From Alphaproteobacteria bacterium (GTDB lineage: Bacteria > Pseudomonadota > Alphaproteobacteria > Micavibrionales > Micavibrionaceae): a stretch of DNA of 64,000 bases. Of the stretch, positions 10,420 to 18,831 are shown piece after piece; position 1 is the first letter of the stretch, and each line of letters opens with the position of its first letter. The notes beneath the pieces were generated by a model, which was not told the origin of the DNA, made no database searches, and saw only the letters and a list, made by a program, of their open reading frames with translations. The translations under genes were made by a program, and so were the position numbers. Where the stretch lies: contig JANWLB010000013.1 of NCBI GenBank assembly GCA_025451095.1, positions 4,244 through 68,243 on the forward strand, in the 5' to 3' direction.

Positions 10420-11571
10420 CTAGCGCCTGCCGTCAATGAGCCATGCATGTACCGGCTGCCAGACTTCTGCAGCCGCCCGCCGCCCGGTGATCATGCCGAT
10501 ATGGCCTGACTCCGGCTTGAGCGTGGCGCTTCCCGGTATCTGCGCCGCCAGCGCCAGAGAGGATTCCGCCGGAACCAGCCGGTCGCGGGCCGAGGCAACG
10601 ATCAGGGAGGGCGTTTTGATCCGGGCCGGAGCGATGACCGTGCCGCCGACAGCCCATTTTCCGTGGAACGTCGTGTTATACGTATACCAGCCAAGGATGC
10701 AGGTGCGTGCAACTTCTCCCGGAAGATCAACCCCGTCATTGAGCCAGTCTTCCAGCACCACGAACAGGCGCGCCGCCTCGCTGTCCTGATCCATAATCGA
10801 AAAATCGGTGAATTTGCGCCCTGTGCGGTCGGCATTGACCGCGGCGAAAATCGACTGCACCCAGTCGACAGGCAGGCAGCCTGTTGAATTGATCATCTGC
10901 AGCGCCGAAGGCGCCGCACCGACGATATAGTTGCCCAGCACGCGGTCGCCCGCGCAAAAATCCCACGGTCCCGCCAGAAATACGAGACGGCTGAACAGCT
11001 CCGGCCGCAAGACCCCCGCTGCCGCCAGCAGCGTGGCGCCCATACAATATCCCAGCCCAAAGAGTGATCGCTCCCCCGCCCGGATCCGGATGACGTCTGC
11101 CGCCGCCAGCATGACATCACCGATCACCTGATCCAGACTGTTCATGCCAGGATCGCGGGCGGGATCACCCCAGTCCAGAAGATAAACTTCATATCCCTGT
11201 GCCGCCAACCAGCGCACATACGATCTGCCGGGCAGCAGATCAAGTATCATGGAACGGTTAATCATCGAAGGCACCAGAAACATGACGGGCGCATCATCCG
11301 CCTTTTTGTCGGCCGGGCAGTAAAGCAGCGACGCCTGACCCTGCCGCCATACGGTCTCAAGAGGCGCAGGGACGCGGCGATAAGGATGCTCCTGATATCT
11401 TTTGACGCCTTCGATCATCCCCGTCATGGCCCGCAGGATATCATCAGACGCCACGCCTCTTTTTGCATATTCAAAAAGCGCGGTGCTCACATGAATGGAC
11501 AGGGGCCGCAAGCCGCGACGCAGGGACTCTGCCTCCTGAAAAAGGCCTTCAATATCTTTGTTTTGCGGCAT
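10420..11571 (-). CDS. phaC: short (class III-like) PHA synthase / alpha-beta hydrolase
   Basis: The lipase-box-like GYCMGA has the catalytic Cys, inside an alpha/beta-hydrolase body of about 380-410 aa, and the gene is adjacent to phbAB and phaR. The start is uncertain: ATG 11571, ATG 11640 or TTG 11658. Confidence 0.7.
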   Translation of the reverse strand: MPQNKDIEGLFQEAESLRRGLRPLSIHVSTALFEYAKRGVASDDILRAMTGMIEGVKRYQEHPYRRVPAPLETVWRQGQASLLYCPADKKADDAPVMFLVPSMINRSMILDLLPGRSYVRWLAAQGYEVYLLDWGDPARDPGMNSLDQVIGDVMLAAADVIRIRAGERSLFGLGYCMGATLLAAAGVLRPELFSRLVFLAGPWDFCAGDRVLGNYIVGAAPSALQMINSTGCLPVDWVQSIFAAVNADRTGRKFTDFSIMDQDSEAARLFVVLEDWLNDGVDLPGEVARTCILGWYTYNTTFHGKWAVGGTVIAPARIKTPSLIVASARDRLVPAESSLALAAQIPGSATLKPESGHIGMITGRRAAAEVWQPVHAWLIDGRR

Positions 11572-11573
11572 AC

Positions 11574-11640
11574 GTGCACTATAGGTGATGGCTGCCGCTT
11601 GTGCCACAGAAAGTCTTTTCGTGCTGCAAAAATTGTGCAT
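11574..11640. promoter_or_regulatory. TGC-rich divergent phaC/phaR control region (candidate PhaR operator)
   Basis: GTGCACTA..TGCCGCTTGTGCCACA..GTGCTGCAAAAATTGTGCA lies between the divergent phaC and phaR. As I recall, PhaR proteins bind TGC-rich repeats. No experimental support. Confidence 0.3.
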
Positions 11641-11704
11641 AATGGGATCGGTTTTCAAGGCACATATTCATTCAGGCCCACGATCAGGAAGGAACAGGTC
11701 CATC

Positions 11705-12280
11705 ATGTCTGCCCCAGGTAAAAAGCCGGATCAGCCCACCGTCATCAAGAAATACGCCAACCGCCGTCTTTATGATACCGGCCGCAGCAGCTACGTCACG
11801 CTCGAGGATCTGTGCATCATGATCAAGGAAGGGCATGAATTTGTCGTTTATGACGCCAAATCCGGTGAAGACCTGACCCGGCAAGTGTTAACGCAAATCA
11901 TCGTGGACCAGGAGTCCCGGGGGGGCCAGAATCTGCTGCCGATCCCCTTCCTGCGGCAACTGATCGGCTTTTACGGCGATAGCCTCCAGTCCCTGATCCC
12001 CAATTACCTGGAGCAAACCATCGGGAGTTTTACAAAAAACCAGGAGCAGTTCCGGGACCAGGTTAACAAATCGCTGGGAGGGATGATTCTCAATCCCGTA
12101 TCGGCCATCGAAGAGATGAGTCGCAAGAACATGGAAATGTTCGAGACCGCCATGCGCGCCTGGGCACCCTTCGCCGCCGGCGCCTCTTCGGCACAAAATT
12201 CCGAAGCGACAGTCACTGAGCTGAAAAAAAATATAGCAGCACTGGAAAAAGAAATCGAACGGCTTTCCGGCCGCGGCTGA
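11705..12280 (+). CDS. phaR: polyhydroxyalkanoate synthesis repressor
   Basis: Internal Met 41 of the tracked ORF begins MSAPGKKPDQPTVIKKYANRRLYDTGRSSYVTLEDL. IKKYANRRLYDT is the PhaR N-terminal signature. Confidence 0.9.
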   Translation: MSAPGKKPDQPTVIKKYANRRLYDTGRSSYVTLEDLCIMIKEGHEFVVYDAKSGEDLTRQVLTQIIVDQESRGGQNLLPIPFLRQLIGFYGDSLQSLIPNYLEQTIGSFTKNQEQFRDQVNKSLGGMILNPVSAIEEMSRKNMEMFETAMRAWAPFAAGASSAQNSEATVTELKKNIAALEKEIERLSGRG

Positions 12281-12309
12281 TATCTCGAAAACATCAAAAT
12301 AACGCTATA

Positions 12310-12345
12310 AACAAAGGGGGCCGCAGCATCTGCGACCCCCTTTTA
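12310..12345. terminator. bidirectional rho-independent terminator
   Basis: GGGGGCCGCAG-cat-CTGCGACCCCC forms 10 bp plus one mismatch. It is followed by TTTT on the + strand and by TTTGTT on the - strand. It lies between the convergent phaR and the Lys-rich micro-ORF. Confidence 0.6.
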
Positions 12346-12375
12346 AATCCGGCATAAGCCGAACCAAGAAGAATA

Positions 12376-12465
12376 CTATTTCTTCTTTTTCTTGGTTGTC
12401 TTTTTCTTAGCAACCGGCTTCTTCTTGGTCGCTTTTTTCTTAGTCGCTTTTTTCTTAGCAGCCAT
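12376..12465 (-). CDS. 29-aa lysine-rich peptide (MAAKKKATKKKATKKKPVAKKKTTKKKKK)
   Basis: Hand translation; the ORF is below the track's size cutoff. The ATG is preceded by AGGGAGA with a 6-7 nt spacer, the stop is TAG, and a hairpin terminator lies about 30 nt downstream. 17 of 29 residues are Lys. Confidence 0.5.
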   Translation of the reverse strand: MAAKKKATKKKATKKKPVAKKKTTKKKKK

Positions 12466-12637
12466 TCTAGTTCTCCCTAGGTTGGTTAGAAGGTAAGTAG
12501 AAAATGAAAGTGCACTAAGCACAAACACAGGAACATTGTATATCAAAAATACAAGAACGGAAATACTTGATCGTATATTTTTCCACTGAGAGAAGAATCG
12601 GGCTTGTGTTTTACCCGAAACCGTTTCTCAGGAATGC

Positions 12638-12994
12638 TCAGGACTCGCGAAAAATGAACCATGAAGCCGCTACTATCAGCGCAAATCCCACCAGATGATT
12701 CCAGCGGACAGGTTCGCCCAGATACAGGACTGAAAAGACCGCAAACACGATCAGCGTAATGATTTCCTGTATGGTTTTAAGCTGCGCGGCAGAGAAATAG
12801 CTGTGACCGATTCTGTTAGCCGGCACCTGGAGACAGTATTCAAAGAAAGCGATTCCCCAGGCTATCAGAATGACGATGAAAAGCGGCGCCCCCTTGAACT
12901 TCAGGTGGCCATACCACGCAATAGTCATGAATATATTTGAGCAAAGCAGCAAAAAGACCGTCAGCGACGCCGTCAGCAACGGTGTCGCCGGCAT
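12638..12994 (-). CDS. DMT-superfamily small membrane protein (DUF486)
   Basis: 118 aa with 4 predicted TM helices. IAWYGHLKF and VPANRIG match the DUF486/DMT family as I remember it. Confidence 0.75.
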   Translation of the reverse strand: MPATPLLTASLTVFLLLCSNIFMTIAWYGHLKFKGAPLFIVILIAWGIAFFEYCLQVPANRIGHSYFSAAQLKTIQEIITLIVFAVFSVLYLGEPVRWNHLVGFALIVAASWFIFRES

Positions 12995-13100
12995 GCCTCA
13001 GGCCCCTTTAGCGGCGCGGGCCCATGCCGCTGACAGCGATGTCCGGGAACGGCGCGGCGCTGTTGCTGTCTGCGGTTTATGTGAGAGATGTCTGCTCATT

Positions 13101-13373
13101 TTACTTCTTCTGGGCCTTGTTAAAGACCTCATCGCCTTGCCTGACCGGCTCGGCCTTTGGTTCTTCTTTCTTATCTTCCATGACGGCCTTGTCGGTCACA
13201 GGACCGGCGGACGGCGCCATCTTGGCAAGAACATATTCAACCCCGTGCCCTGCGGTACGGTCGCCATAGGGGGTCTTGTCATACGGGCGCATTTCCCACC
13301 CGTCACCGCACCCTGCCAGTGAAAGCAGCGGCACCACAGATAATATTTGAATCAAACGCACAAAGGACGGCAT
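13101..13373 (-). CDS. small lipoprotein, unknown function
   Basis: Signal peptide with lipobox LSLAGC, followed by a charged Lys/Glu-rich tail. Confidence 0.55.
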   Translation of the reverse strand: MPSFVRLIQILSVVPLLSLAGCGDGWEMRPYDKTPYGDRTAGHGVEYVLAKMAPSAGPVTDKAVMEDKKEEPKAEPVRQGDEVFNKAQKK

Positions 13374-13513
13374 GGAAAGGCCTCCGCGAAAAAAAGGGAC
13401 AAAGTTGTGAACAAATGAAGACAGAGACTAGGAAACGTGCGAACGCACAAAAAGATAGTACCGCGAATCGCCTAATTTGGCAAATCTCTTATATAAGAGG
13501 ACAGCGGGAAGCC

Positions 13514-13900
13514 TCAGGCCGGGCGGTAATAAGCCGGGCGGTCCGTGACGGCGGAGGCGGTAAAACGCGGGTTGATGCCTGTATAATCGGGCTTGGGATC
13601 CAGCGGGTCCTTCTTTTTCTTTTCCTGCTGGTCATAAATGTTATTCAGCGCGCGCACCACTTTAAGAAGCCTGTTTTGTTCACGCATGCCCGTGACGGCC
13701 AGCGACGTCCGGCTCAGCCAGTTTTCAGCGGCCTCATTCTTACCGGGCTGGGTAGCCACTTCCTGTCCCCGCGCGCTCAAAACGCTGGGGCGCTTCATCT
13801 CAAAGAAAGGCAATCCCATCACAAAACCAATGGCCGCAACGGTAAATACCTTGCGGAGCGTTCTACGCATTTCACTGGATGTGGACTCAGAAACAAACAT
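13514..13900 (-). CDS. hypothetical membrane-anchored protein
   Basis: One TM segment (VFTVAAIGFVMGLPFF) and ordinary amino-acid composition. The overlapping + strand ORF 13319..14092 is Arg-rich and looks spurious. Confidence 0.45.
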   Translation of the reverse strand: MFVSESTSSEMRRTLRKVFTVAAIGFVMGLPFFEMKRPSVLSARGQEVATQPGKNEAAENWLSRTSLAVTGMREQNRLLKVVRALNNIYDQQEKKKKDPLDPKPDYTGINPRFTASAVTDRPAYYRPA

Positions 13901-14148
13901 TATAAGACCCTGCCCTGTATCTTTTTTTATAGGTTTTATACGGGCAGTATATCATTTCAGCGGCCCCTTTTCAATTTGGGCGCTGGCCCAGGCATGCAAA
14001 CGTTCTCTGCCTGTTTACAAAAAGGTAAAAATCCAGACTTGGAGTTGAGAACACAGGGAATTCAGGTAGAATTTCATCGTGTGCTCTCTTAATTGTAAGT
14101 CATCTGTCTTTTCTCCCCTTTGACCTCCTCTTTCGTTCTCTTGCAACC

Positions 14149-14685
14149 ATGCGCGCCATTAGTTGTCATAATATTATCGCATCGCTGGCGATAGCCGGGA
14201 TGGGCCTGCTCCCCGCGCAAGTCGTCTTGGGCGCGCCTTTGCCTCAACTTGAAATCAGCATGCCGGGGGATACGAATATGAGCTGCCACGCCCTGTCATC
14301 CGAAATAACCAGCATGGATCAGGTCATTTCAGAAGCGCTGGCCGCCAAGAACGAGTCGAGGACCACGAGCACAGGAATAGGTGTAGCCAAAACAGTGGGC
14401 GGCATACTTGTCGGCTCACTGGGCGGCGCTATCGGGATAATGGCCGCCGGGCACCTTCTGTCTTCTGCTACCGACGATGAGACCGCCTCCGCTGACGCCC
14501 TGCAGGACATCGCCGAACAGCGCCGCAGTTTGATCACCGGTATTTTTACGACCAAGAAATGTCAGGGCCCCCGGCCCGCCCCGCTGCGGGACCGCGCCGC
14601 CGCCACAAAGACCGCCGCCGTAGCTCCCGATCTTGCCAATACCGAGCCCGCTGCAGGCGGCGCCACAGCCGGCTACAACGACTAG
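14149..14685 (+). CDS. secreted protein with a glycine-zipper segment
   Basis: Has an N-terminal signal-like region and GIGVAKTVGGILVGSLGGAIGIMAAG, a GxxxG-type glycine zipper. Confidence 0.5.
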   Translation: MRAISCHNIIASLAIAGMGLLPAQVVLGAPLPQLEISMPGDTNMSCHALSSEITSMDQVISEALAAKNESRTTSTGIGVAKTVGGILVGSLGGAIGIMAAGHLLSSATDDETASADALQDIAEQRRSLITGIFTTKKCQGPRPAPLRDRAAATKTAAVAPDLANTEPAAGGATAGYND

Positions 14686-14694
14686 AAATATCTT

Positions 14695-15453
14695 TCAGTC
14701 TTTCAGGATAGCGCCGGTTTCAGCGTCCACAATAACCCGGTAAGGCCCCGCTTCCGTATTGAATATCACGGCATAAATGCGGCGTCCGCTATTCATCTGA
14801 TAGAAAACCTCAAAGTCCCTTGAAGGCGGCGCATGAGCAATGGCGATGCCGATGGCCTCGTTCTCCGAAATCGTGCCTGCTGTAACATCATCGGGATCAG
14901 CCTTCCTCTCAGAGCGGCGGCTCTCTTTCTTTTCCGCCTCCCGGGCAGACGGCTGCATGGATGACGGCAGCAGCACTTCCGGCTTCCGGCCGGGCAGCGG
15001 CACGCCCTTTTTGCTCACGCGCGCAGGCACCGCTTTTTTCTTAACCGGGGATGGCGCGGGCACCGGCGGCTTTTCATTTTTTACCGCCTTCGGGAATTTC
15101 TTTTTTGCAGGCTCCGGGGCAGGCTCCGGCTTGCTTTCCTTTTCAGGTGGCGGCGCCGTCATATCAGGCGCAGCCTTTTCTTCATGTTCGACCTTCTCAG
15201 GCTTCGCTTCCGGAATTTTTTTCACGGGTTTTGCGACAGGGCGCTCCTGCTGCTTTTTCACAGGCGGTTCCGCCGGCTTCATTTCCGGTTCCCCGGCAGG
15301 CTGCTCCGGCGCTAATTCCGCGCCCGGCATTTTGAAAACCGTCACCGAGCCGTCAGGGTTGACGATCCTGATCGCGCCCTCTTCCGCCCGCGCCGGCATC
15401 CCGAGGGCCGCCAGAATCAGGAGCGCCAGAATAAAGAGTGCCGGTAAACGCAT
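14695..15453 (-). CDS. PepSY-domain protein with a long Pro/Lys/Glu-rich spacer
   Basis: Signal peptide MRLPALFILALLILAALGMPARA. A spacer of about 140 aa made of PEKP/KKxP-type repeats. C-terminal PepSY-like end (AIGIAIAH...YRVIVDAETGAILKD). Confidence 0.65.
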   Translation of the reverse strand: MRLPALFILALLILAALGMPARAEEGAIRIVNPDGSVTVFKMPGAELAPEQPAGEPEMKPAEPPVKKQQERPVAKPVKKIPEAKPEKVEHEEKAAPDMTAPPPEKESKPEPAPEPAKKKFPKAVKNEKPPVPAPSPVKKKAVPARVSKKGVPLPGRKPEVLLPSSMQPSAREAEKKESRRSERKADPDDVTAGTISENEAIGIAIAHAPPSRDFEVFYQMNSGRRIYAVIFNTEAGPYRVIVDAETGAILKD

Positions 15454-15524
15454 ATCAGGTTCCTCCGCGAAAACGGCATCCTAACCCAAAACTTTACAGG
15501 GGGGGAGAGGGATTAGCGGGAAAA

Positions 15525-17576
15525 TTAATTAACGGAAATACCAATATCCGCCGCTTCGAGCTTGCGGATATCATCCCGGAGGCGGGCCGCCTCCTCGAAT
15601 TCAAGATTTCCTGCCGCTTCAACCATCCGCTTATGAAGTTTGCCGATATATTTCTTCAGATTTTCGGGAGTCTCCAGCGCCTCCTGCTCTACATCGCTCA
15701 ATCCCTTCATGCGCTGAACATTCACATGATCGGCACGCTCATAAACGCTCTGCATAATGTCACCGATAGACTTCCTTACCGTCTCTGGCGTGATTCCGTT
15801 CTCCGCATTGTAGACAAGTTGCTTTTCCCGGCGGCGATCCGTTTCCTCCAGCGCGCCCTTCATGCTGCCTGTCACAGTGTCCGCATAAAGCACGGCCCGA
15901 GAATCGACATTCCGCGCCGCGCGGCCGATCGTCTGGATCAGAGATGTCTTGGAACGCAGATAGCCTTCCTTGTCCGCATCCAGAATAGCCACCAGCATGC
16001 ATTCCGGTATATCCAGACCTTCGCGCAGCAGGTTGATACCCACCAGCACATCAAATACGCCCAGGCGCAAGTCGCGGATGATCTCGATCCGATCCAGAGT
16101 ATCGACATCACTGTGCATATATCTGACCTTCACCCCGTGATCGTCCAGATATTCAGTCAGCGCCTCGGCCATTTTCTTGGTCAATGTCGTCACCAGAACA
16201 CGACCGCCCGCACCGGCCACGCGTTTACATTCCTTCATCAGGTCGTCAACCTGATGCGCCGTCGGGCGGATCTCCACCGGCGGATCAACAAGACCCGTCG
16301 GCCGTACGACCTGCTCCGCCGACACGCCTCCCGCTTTTTCGATCTCCCATGCACTGGGGGTGGCTGATACGAACAGGGTCTGGCCCCGCATACTGTCCCA
16401 TTCCTCGAATTTCAGAGGCCGGTTGTCCATGCAGCTGGGCAGCCGGAAACCATAATCGGACAATGTCTGCTTGCGCGCACGGTCGCCTTTATACATACCG
16501 TGCAGCTGCGGCACCATGACGTGACTTTCGTCCAGTATGATCAGGGCGTCTTTTGGCAAATATTCAATCAGTGTCGGCGGGGGCTCCCCCGGCCTGCGGC
16601 CGGTCAGAAAGCGCGAATAATTTTCGATCCCCGCGCAAATTCCCGTGGCCTGCAGCATCTCCAGATCGAACTGCGTTCGTTGTTCGAGACGCTGGGCCTC
16701 CAGAAGTTTCTTCTCCGATTCAAACCAGCTCAGGCGGTCCTTGAGTTCCTTCTTGATGCTCCCGATCGCCTGCTGCATGGTGGGACCGGGCGTGATGTAG
16801 TGAGAGTTGGCATAGACGCGCACCTCATCCATCCGTGAAAAGGTTTCCCCCGTTAGCGGATCGAATTCGGTAATATCCTCCAGCTCGTCCCCGAACAGGG
16901 AGAAGTGCCAGGCGCGGTCCTCAAAGTGTGCCGGGAACAAATCGATGGAATCGCCCCGCGCGCGAAACGATCCGCGCTCAAATGCGATATCATTGCGGAC
17001 ATATTGCAGCTCCACGAAGCGGCGGATCAGCTCCTCGCGGTCGATGCGGTCGCCCTTGCGCAGATCCAAAACCATGGCCTGATAGTCTTCTTTGGAGCCG
17101 ATGCCGTAAATGCAGGAAACGGAAGCCACGATGATGCAGTCGCGCCGCTCGAACAACGCGCGCGTTGCGCTGTGGCGCATCCGGTCGATCTGCTCGTTGA
17201 TCGCGGAATCCTTTTCTATGAATGTGTCCGTCCGGGGCACGTAGGCCTCAGGCTGGTAGTAATCGTAGTAGGAAACAAAATACTCGACAGCGTTTTCGGG
17301 AAAAAATGATTTCATCTCGCCATATAGCTGGGCCGCCAGAGTCTTGTTCGGCGCCAGAATAAGCGCCGGACGCTGCAGTTCCTGAATCACATGAGCGACA
17401 GTAAAGGTCTTGCCGGAGCCCGTGACCCCCAGCAGCACCTGATCCCGTTTTCCGGCCCGCAGTCCGGCCACCAGCGCGCGGATGGCCTCCGGCTGATCGC
17501 CCGCCGGGCTGAAATCGGAGTGGATTTTAAAGCCTACCCCCTGCTTTTCCTGAATTTTCGCTGCCTTTAACGCCAT
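15525..17576 (-). CDS. uvrB: excinuclease ABC subunit B
   Basis: Contains [10 protein letters not shown] (Walker A), helicase motifs, and the C-terminal UVR domain ([17 protein letters not shown]). Confidence 0.97.
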   Translation of the reverse strand: MALKAAKIQEKQGVGFKIHSDFSPAGDQPEAIRALVAGLRAGKRDQVLLGVTGSGKTFTVAHVIQELQRPALILAPNKTLAAQLYGEMKSFFPENAVEYFVSYYDYYQPEAYVPRTDTFIEKDSAINEQIDRMRHSATRALFERRDCIIVASVSCIYGIGSKEDYQAMVLDLRKGDRIDREELIRRFVELQYVRNDIAFERGSFRARGDSIDLFPAHFEDRAWHFSLFGDELEDITEFDPLTGETFSRMDEVRVYANSHYITPGPTMQQAIGSIKKELKDRLSWFESEKKLLEAQRLEQRTQFDLEMLQATGICAGIENYSRFLTGRRPGEPPPTLIEYLPKDALIILDESHVMVPQLHGMYKGDRARKQTLSDYGFRLPSCMDNRPLKFEEWDSMRGQTLFVSATPSAWEIEKAGGVSAEQVVRPTGLVDPPVEIRPTAHQVDDLMKECKRVAGAGGRVLVTTLTKKMAEALTEYLDDHGVKVRYMHSDVDTLDRIEIIRDLRLGVFDVLVGINLLREGLDIPECMLVAILDADKEGYLRSKTSLIQTIGRAARNVDSRAVLYADTVTGSMKGALEETDRRREKQLVYNAENGITPETVRKSIGDIMQSVYERADHVNVQRMKGLSDVEQEALETPENLKKYIGKLHKRMVEAAGNLEFEEAARLRDDIRKLEAADIGISVN

Positions 17577-17673
17577 GCAGGGAATATAGGTACAAATGCC
17601 CCGCCTCTCAATAATAAGGGAGAAATCTATAAAAGCTTGATTATTTACATAATTATATATAAACTAGCCGGCT

Positions 17674-18831
17674 ATGGGCTCAACAAAACCGGCAACCGAC
17701 ACAAATACACGGCAGAAAGAATTCGGCGGGATCCACGCACGGGATTATGCCGCCCAACACCCCGTGTTGTTCGCTTTCGTTAAGGACCGCATGTCCCGGC
17801 CCGGAAAACAGTTTCTCCTCATTGGTGACACTGATCATAACAATCCCCTCATAAGCGACTTCATTGACGGCCTGCCTGTAATGGCACTCTTGCAGCATGC
17901 CGGGATCAGTCATAGCTGTATCGAGCAGATGCGCGAACTTTTACCCCCTTATCAAATTGAAATTTATAGCGAGCAAGCAAAACGTCATCAGGCTGGAATG
18001 CTTTCCGACGACGAATTTAAAAAATTTGAAGGCACTTTTTGCAGGCATAGCGCAATCGACTTTACCAACTTTTGGATTATGCATACAGCCAATCGTCAGG
18101 CATTTCAAAATCCCGGAGCAAAAAACATCGATACCCAGGAGTTGAAACAGCGCCAAGATGCATTGGGCAATAAAGGACCCAGCATCAAACTGCTCTATAA
18201 CTATGTTCAGGCCGGAATACGAATTACAGCCGCAGATTCACTGCAATGGCGAGAGTGCCTGCCTATAGATGAAGAAAGAAAGGAAAAAAGAAAGCCGTTC
18301 GCTCCCTTTCGCGCAGAAACAGAAAATTTTGAGTTTTACTGTCAGGAAGTTGCATGCCGCCTGCTTCTGGGCGACCCGGAAGTGGCCGCCTATATAGACC
18401 GGAAGTCGGCCGGTCAAAAAACCGCCGTAATCTACGGAGACGCTCATTTCAGCTACAAAGACGGCATGAGAGCGCGCCTGGATCGGGACAAGTGCCTGTA
18501 TATCGCTTTTTATGCGAATCGTAGACAGTACGAGAAATCAATGCTGGAAAGAAACCCTGTCGAAAGAAACGTATTTCCTGATCGCATCTATTTCATAGAA
18601 GAAAGAATTCTGGATAGACCCGATCCCGACTCCCTATATGGTGAGTACATCAAAAAAGATCATAGTCTGATTGCTGCCAACGCCCATTTTGACAGAGCCA
18701 TGAGACTTACCCGACACTATTTTGGCCCTCATGCCTCTCCTGAAGAAAAGACAGAAGCGCAGGGCAGAGTCACGCGACTTGATCGCATAGATCCACGATA
18801 TTTGGATTATATTCCGCTGAATCCGGCTTAG
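17674..18831 (+). CDS. hypothetical protein on an A/T-rich islet (weak ChaN/Tiki/erythromycin-esterase-like motifs)
   Basis: 385-aa ORF preceded by an A/T-rich promoter-like region. FLLIGDTDHNNP and TAVIYGDAHFSY resemble the paired GxxH motifs of the Tiki/ChaN superfamily, a low-confidence recollection. Spot count: 24 of 60 G+C in the line at 17941, against 44 of 60 in the uvrB line at 17461. Confidence 0.55.
   Translation: MGSTKPATDTNTRQKEFGGIHARDYAAQHPVLFAFVKDRMSRPGKQFLLIGDTDHNNPLISDFIDGLPVMALLQHAGISHSCIEQMRELLPPYQIEIYSEQAKRHQAGMLSDDEFKKFEGTFCRHSAIDFTNFWIMHTANRQAFQNPGAKNIDTQELKQRQDALGNKGPSIKLLYNYVQAGIRITAADSLQWRECLPIDEERKEKRKPFAPFRAETENFEFYCQEVACRLLLGDPEVAAYIDRKSAGQKTAVIYGDAHFSYKDGMRARLDRDKCLYIAFYANRRQYEKSMLERNPVERNVFPDRIYFIEERILDRPDPDSLYGEYIKKDHSLIAANAHFDRAMRLTRHYFGPHASPEEKTEAQGRVTRLDRIDPRYLDYIPLNPA

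Noticed and set aside
12380-12460. Repeated GCTTTTTTCTTAG units, first read as a non-coding tandem repeat
   Set aside because: I reinterpreted them as the antisense of repeated AAG/AAA Lys codons in a 29-codon ORF with an SD and a terminator. See the feature and finding at 12376..12465.
13319-14092. 257-aa ORF on the + strand
   Set aside because: Its sequence is Arg/Lys/Gln-rich and odd-looking, with no SD. It overlaps a more plausible - strand membrane protein (13514..13900) and the lipoprotein gene start.
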